Positions 62,074 through 64,000 of a DNA stretch of 64,000 nucleotides are shown piece by piece; the first letter of the stretch is position 1; the number at the start of each line of letters is the position of its first letter. This DNA is from an uncultured bacterium (GTDB taxonomy: Bacteria; Verrucomicrobiota; Verrucomicrobiia; Limisphaerales; UBA8199): positions 64,001-128,000 of the forward strand of contig CAVVMW010000015.1 of NCBI GenBank assembly GCA_963749495.1, in the 5' to 3' direction. Under the pieces are notes generated by a model. It was not told where the DNA came from. It was given only the letters and a program-made list of their open reading frames with translations, and searched no databases. A program made the translations under genes and the position numbers.

Positions 62074-64000
62074 TTATGGCTTGGTTTGGCGCCGGAGCGG
62101 TCGAGAGCGCCAGAGGAAGAAGATGGCGGGATAGACCAGCAGTTCCATGATGGTGGAGGTGATGACGCCGCCAATCATGGGAGTGGCGATGCGCTTCATC
62201 ACATCGGCGCCGGTGCCGTGGCTCCACAAGATGGGCGCCAGGCCGCCAATGATGACGCTGGCCGTCATGGCCTTGGGCCGCACCCGTTTGACGGCGCCGT
62301 GGTAAATGGCGTCACGCAGGTCCGTGAGGTTTCTCATCAGCCCTTTCTTCTGCCAGTCAGCGTAAGCCAGGTCCAGATAGAGCAACATCACGACACCGGT
62401 CTCGGCATCGAGTCCGGCCAGGGCGATGATGCCGACCCACACGGCCACGCTCAGGTTGTAGTGGAGCAGGGCCAGCACGCCGATGGCGCCCACCAGCGAG
62501 AAGGGCACGGCCAGCATGACAATGGCGGTTTTGATGGCCGAACGCGTGTTGAGGTAGAGGATCAGGATGATGACCAGCAGCGTGAGCGGCACGACGAGCA
62601 TCAAACGCTGGCTTGCCCGGAGCATGTATTCGTATTGGCCGCTCCAGAGGATGTTGTAGCCGCTGGGCAGCTTGATCGTGCCGTTGGCGACGGCCTCATT
62701 GACGGCGCGCATGGCCATCTGCACGTAGGTGCCGATGTCAATGCCTTTCACATCCACGTAAATCCAGGCATTGGGAACGGCGGCTTCGCTCTTGATGCCC
62801 ATGGGGGCGTGGACGGTTTCTATTTGGGCCAACTGTCCGAGAGGGACCTGCGCACCGGTAGGGGTGGGGATGATGATTTCACGCAAGGCGCCGAGGCTTT
62901 CGCGGAAATCACGGCTGTAACGGAGGTTGACGGCGTAGCGCTCCAGTCCCTCGACGGTAGTGGTCAAGGGCATGCCGCCCAGGGCCACTTCCAGCACGTC
63001 CTGCACGTCGCCTACCGTGAGGCCGTAGCGAGCGATGGCATCACGGTCGATGTTGAACTGGATGTAGTTGCCGCCCATTGTGCGCTCGGCCAAGGTGCTC
63101 AACGTGCCCGGCACGCCCTTGGCCACCGCCTCGATCTCGATGGCCACCCGCTCCAGTTGCGCGAGGTCCGGCCCCGAGACCTTGATGCCGACGGGCGTTT
63201 TGATGCCGGTGGCGAGCATGTCAATGCGCGTCCGGATGGGCATGGTCCAGGCATTGGCCAGGCCGGGGATTTGCACGGCGGCGTTGAGCGCATCTTCCAA
63301 CTCGTCAGGCGTGCGCCGGCGACGGGCGAGAACCTTGCCGGCGTCGTCCTTGATCTCCACAGTCGGCCATTGCTCCTCGGGCTTGAGCATGATCGTGGTC
63401 TCGATCATGTCGAAGGGAGCGGGGTCGGTCGCCGTTTCGGCGCGGCCGACCTTGCCGAAGACCTGCTGCACTTCCGGGAACCGCCGGATGATGCGGTCGG
63501 TGGTTTGGAGAATTTCGCGCGCCTTGGTGGGCGAGATGCCGGGGAAGGTGGTCGGCATGTAGAGCAGGTCGCCCTCGTAAAGCGGGGGCATGAACTCCGA
63601 ACCGATATTCTGAAAGGGGAAGAACCTGCCGACGCTGAAGGCCCACTGCTTGGCCTTGCCATCCGGCAGGAGTTGGGCGGCCAGCTTGTTCCAGGGAAAG
63701 AACACCCAGGCGACGAGCGCGGCGGCCAGGAAGACCACCAGCCAGCGCCATTGGATGACAAAATTGATGGCCGGATGGTAAAGCCAGTGGAGCAAGCGGT
63801 TAATGGGGTTCTTCTCCTCGGGCGGGATTTTGCCGCGAATGAAGAAGCCCATCAACACCGGCGCCAGCGTAATGGAGAGGATGGCGGCTGCCGCCATGGA
63901 GTAGGTCTTGGTGAAGGCCAGCGGCTTGAATAATCGCCCCTCCTGGGCCTGCAGGGTGAACACCGGCAAGAACGACACGGTAATGACCAGCAGCGAGTAG
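62074..64000 (-). CDS. cusA: CusA/CzcA heavy-metal RND efflux permease (5' end outside the window)
   Basis: LFKPLAFTKT, GSEFMP.L.EGDLLYMP, TDPAP..M.ET, WTMPI..RIDML.TG and RVRPKAMT motifs. Confidence 0.93.
   Translation of the reverse strand, partial: YSLLVITVSFLPVFTLQAQEGRLFKPLAFTKTYSMAAAAILSITLAPVLMGFFIRGKIPPEEKNPINRLLHWLYHPAINFVIQWRWLVVFLAAALVAWVFFPWNKLAAQLLPDGKAKQWAFSVGRFFPFQNIGSEFMPPLYEGDLLYMPTTFPGISPTKAREILQTTDRIIRRFPEVQQVFGKVGRAETATDPAPFDMIETTIMLKPEEQWPTVEIKDDAGKVLARRRRTPDELEDALNAAVQIPGLANAWTMPIRTRIDMLATGIKTPVGIKVSGPDLAQLERVAIEIEAVAKGVPGTLSTLAERTMGGNYIQFNIDRDAIARYGLTVGDVQDVLEVALGGMPLTTTVEGLERYAVNLRYSRDFRESLGALREIIIPTPTGAQVPLGQLAQIETVHAPMGIKSEAAVPNAWIYVDVKGIDIGTYVQMAMRAVNEAVANGTIKLPSGYNILWSGQYEYMLRASQRLMLVVPLTLLVIILILYLNTRSAIKTAIVMLAVPFSLVGAIGVLALLHYNLSVAVWVGIIALAGLDAETGVVMLLYLDLAYADWQKKGLMRNLTDLRDAIYHGAVKRVRPKAMTASVIIGGLAPILWSHGTGADVMKRIATPMIGGVITSTIMELLVYPAIFFLWRSRPLRRQTKP

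Noticed and set aside
3163..63933. Long antisense ORFs (e.g. 3163-5211, 7320-9713, 15516-17465, 37174-38937, 61864-63933)
   Set aside because: These are typical high-GC shadow frames opposite well-supported genes, with no motifs.
1..64000. tRNA, rRNA, riboswitch, reverse transcriptase or transposase genes
   Set aside because: None recognisable by eye; an Infernal or tRNAscan run would be needed to exclude small RNAs.

Overview
A GC-rich bacterial chromosomal segment, most likely from Verrucomicrobiota (Pedosphaerales/Limisphaerales-like). This is inferred from the S21 C-terminus, a TIGR02999-type ECF sigma/kinase pair, a DUF1559-style pilin N-terminus and the repeat families. Gene order: B12 radical SAM (partial) <- beta-propeller/di-haem cytochrome c protein <-> HzsA-like protein; vapBC; topB; xerC; M28 peptidase; amidohydrolase; an L-arabinose cluster (GH51, araB, araD, galM, SSS symporter, plus an orphan 3' fragment of an arabinose/fucose isomerase); rpsU; pncA; a nucleoside-hydrolase/double-sialidase fusion; ferredoxin; a secretin-PilMN-PilO-X-GspE operon; hemB; an FHA protein; carA; GH31; an ECF-Ser/Thr kinase cassette; TPR-FkbM; a ~2070-aa glycine-rich repeat protein; an Ig-like secreted protein; an aspartic protease; cusA (partial). 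No rRNA, tRNA, CRISPR array or intact transposase was seen. About 15 single-base frameshifts, some in housekeeping-type genes, suggest an unpolished long-read assembly. The best candidate for a novel system is the divergent pair at 896-6132, which reproduces the hydrazine synthase alpha + beta/gamma domain architecture with four CxxCH motifs in a genome with no anammox context. Other highlights are modular MITE-like shells carrying palindromic cargo, palindromes in frame at the 5' ends of secreted-protein genes, heptamer arrays that supply stop codons, a shared C-terminal F[YF]R domain and apparent leaderless promoters. All family calls come from motif recognition only; no searches were run.
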